The translations under genes were made by a program, and so were the position numbers. A stretch of 63,960 nt of DNA, the filler included, from Octopus bimaculoides (Eukaryota), in NCBI RefSeq assembly GCF_001194135.2. It is 5 parts of 4 records of this genome, joined end to end, with 100 filler letters (N's around TTAATTAATTAA, not from the genome) between each part and the next. Parts side by side here need not be neighbours in the genome. Positions count along the whole stretch, not along the records: positions 60,637 to 63,960 come from NC_068997.1; 4 more parts are not named here. The stretch is one strand, 5' to 3'. The notes under the pieces were generated by a model. The model was not told the DNA's origin. It made no database searches and worked only from the letters and a program-made list of their open reading frames with translations. Every line of letters begins with the position of its first letter. Positions within the stretch are counted from its first letter, which is position 1. This document shows positions 63,290 through 63,960 of the stretch, in pieces.

Positions 63290-63917
63290 AGGCAAAAGTA
63301 CAATTGTCACTAAAGTAATAGAGGGTGCTAGTAAACACTAAGCATTGCTAGAAATAAGAGTCAAAACAACTTTTAGCCATGTGAGAGCACTTTTCTAATG
63401 ACTGACAAAGGAGGCAGGCTCCCTTCCTATGACAAACAAGATGGACTTATATCAGCACTGATTTCAGATTCAATCAATCTTCATCAGTGACCTATTACTG
63501 CGTCACCAAGGGTTAAAAAGCCTAAGTCTCCTTGTCAGCCTTATACAGAACACCATAAGAAACAGGCAACAAGGATGGTTGTTACTAAAGTGATGGAGTG
63601 TGCTAGTAAGCACCAGCATTGCTAGAAATAAGAGTCAAAACAACTCTTAGCCACATGAGAGCACTTTTCTAATGGCTGACAAAGGAGGCAGGCTCCCTCC
63701 CTTCGACAAGTGAGATGGAGTCATATCAGTGCTGATTTCAGATTTAATCAATCCTCATCGGTGACCCATTACTCTGTCACTGAGGGTTAAAGAACCTCTC
63801 TTGTCAGGCTGTTAGAAAAGTGCTCTTATGTGGTTAAGAGTTGTTTTGACTCTTATTTCTAGCAAGGCTGGTGCTTACTAACACCATCTATCATTTTAGT
63901 GACCACTGTACTTGTTG

Positions 63918-63920
<3 letters not shown>
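63290..63920. mobile_element. Long-TIR (~120 bp) MITE: truncated copy 63290-63545 and complete copy 63564-63920
   Basis: aggcaacaag..agtaagcaccagcattgctagaaataagagtcaaaacaac..ctgacaa is inverted at 63800-63920; a TIR fragment also occurs at 44025-44060. Confidence 0.85.

Positions 63921-63960
<40 letters not shown>

Overview
AT-rich, microsatellite-saturated animal genomic DNA with many N gaps. The tRNA-derived SINE families and simple-repeat density match what I recall of coleoid cephalopod genomes, most likely Octopus; this is recall, not a database result. I could not recognise any host protein-coding gene, tRNA, rRNA or CRISPR array. Most ORFs in the supplied track are translations of (TA)n/(CA)n/(TATC)n repeats or N runs. 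All recognisable coding sequence is degenerate transposon: Penelope-like (PLE) RT and GIY-YIG fragments, Tx1/L1-like 3' ends, an RTE RT fragment, a REL-endonuclease LINE 3' end, mariner transposases, MITEs and a non-autonomous Helitron. Four identical 100-bp linkers (44 N + TTAATTAATTAA + 44 N) split the window into five assembly segments, so long-range adjacency is uncertain. The most interesting signals are: (i) a minimal hammerhead-ribozyme-like module found twice inside the (TA)n spacer of the same SINE family, plus a decayed hammerhead at a PLE 3' end; (ii) a mariner derivative built from two left ends; (iii) a ~350-bp foldback with a Pol III B-box in its loop; (iv) tandem Tx1-like 3' ends sharing an invariant stem-loop; (v) a CpG-rich promoter-like patch at ~49.3 kb followed by CpG-depleted DNA, suggesting the start of an unrecognised methylated gene.
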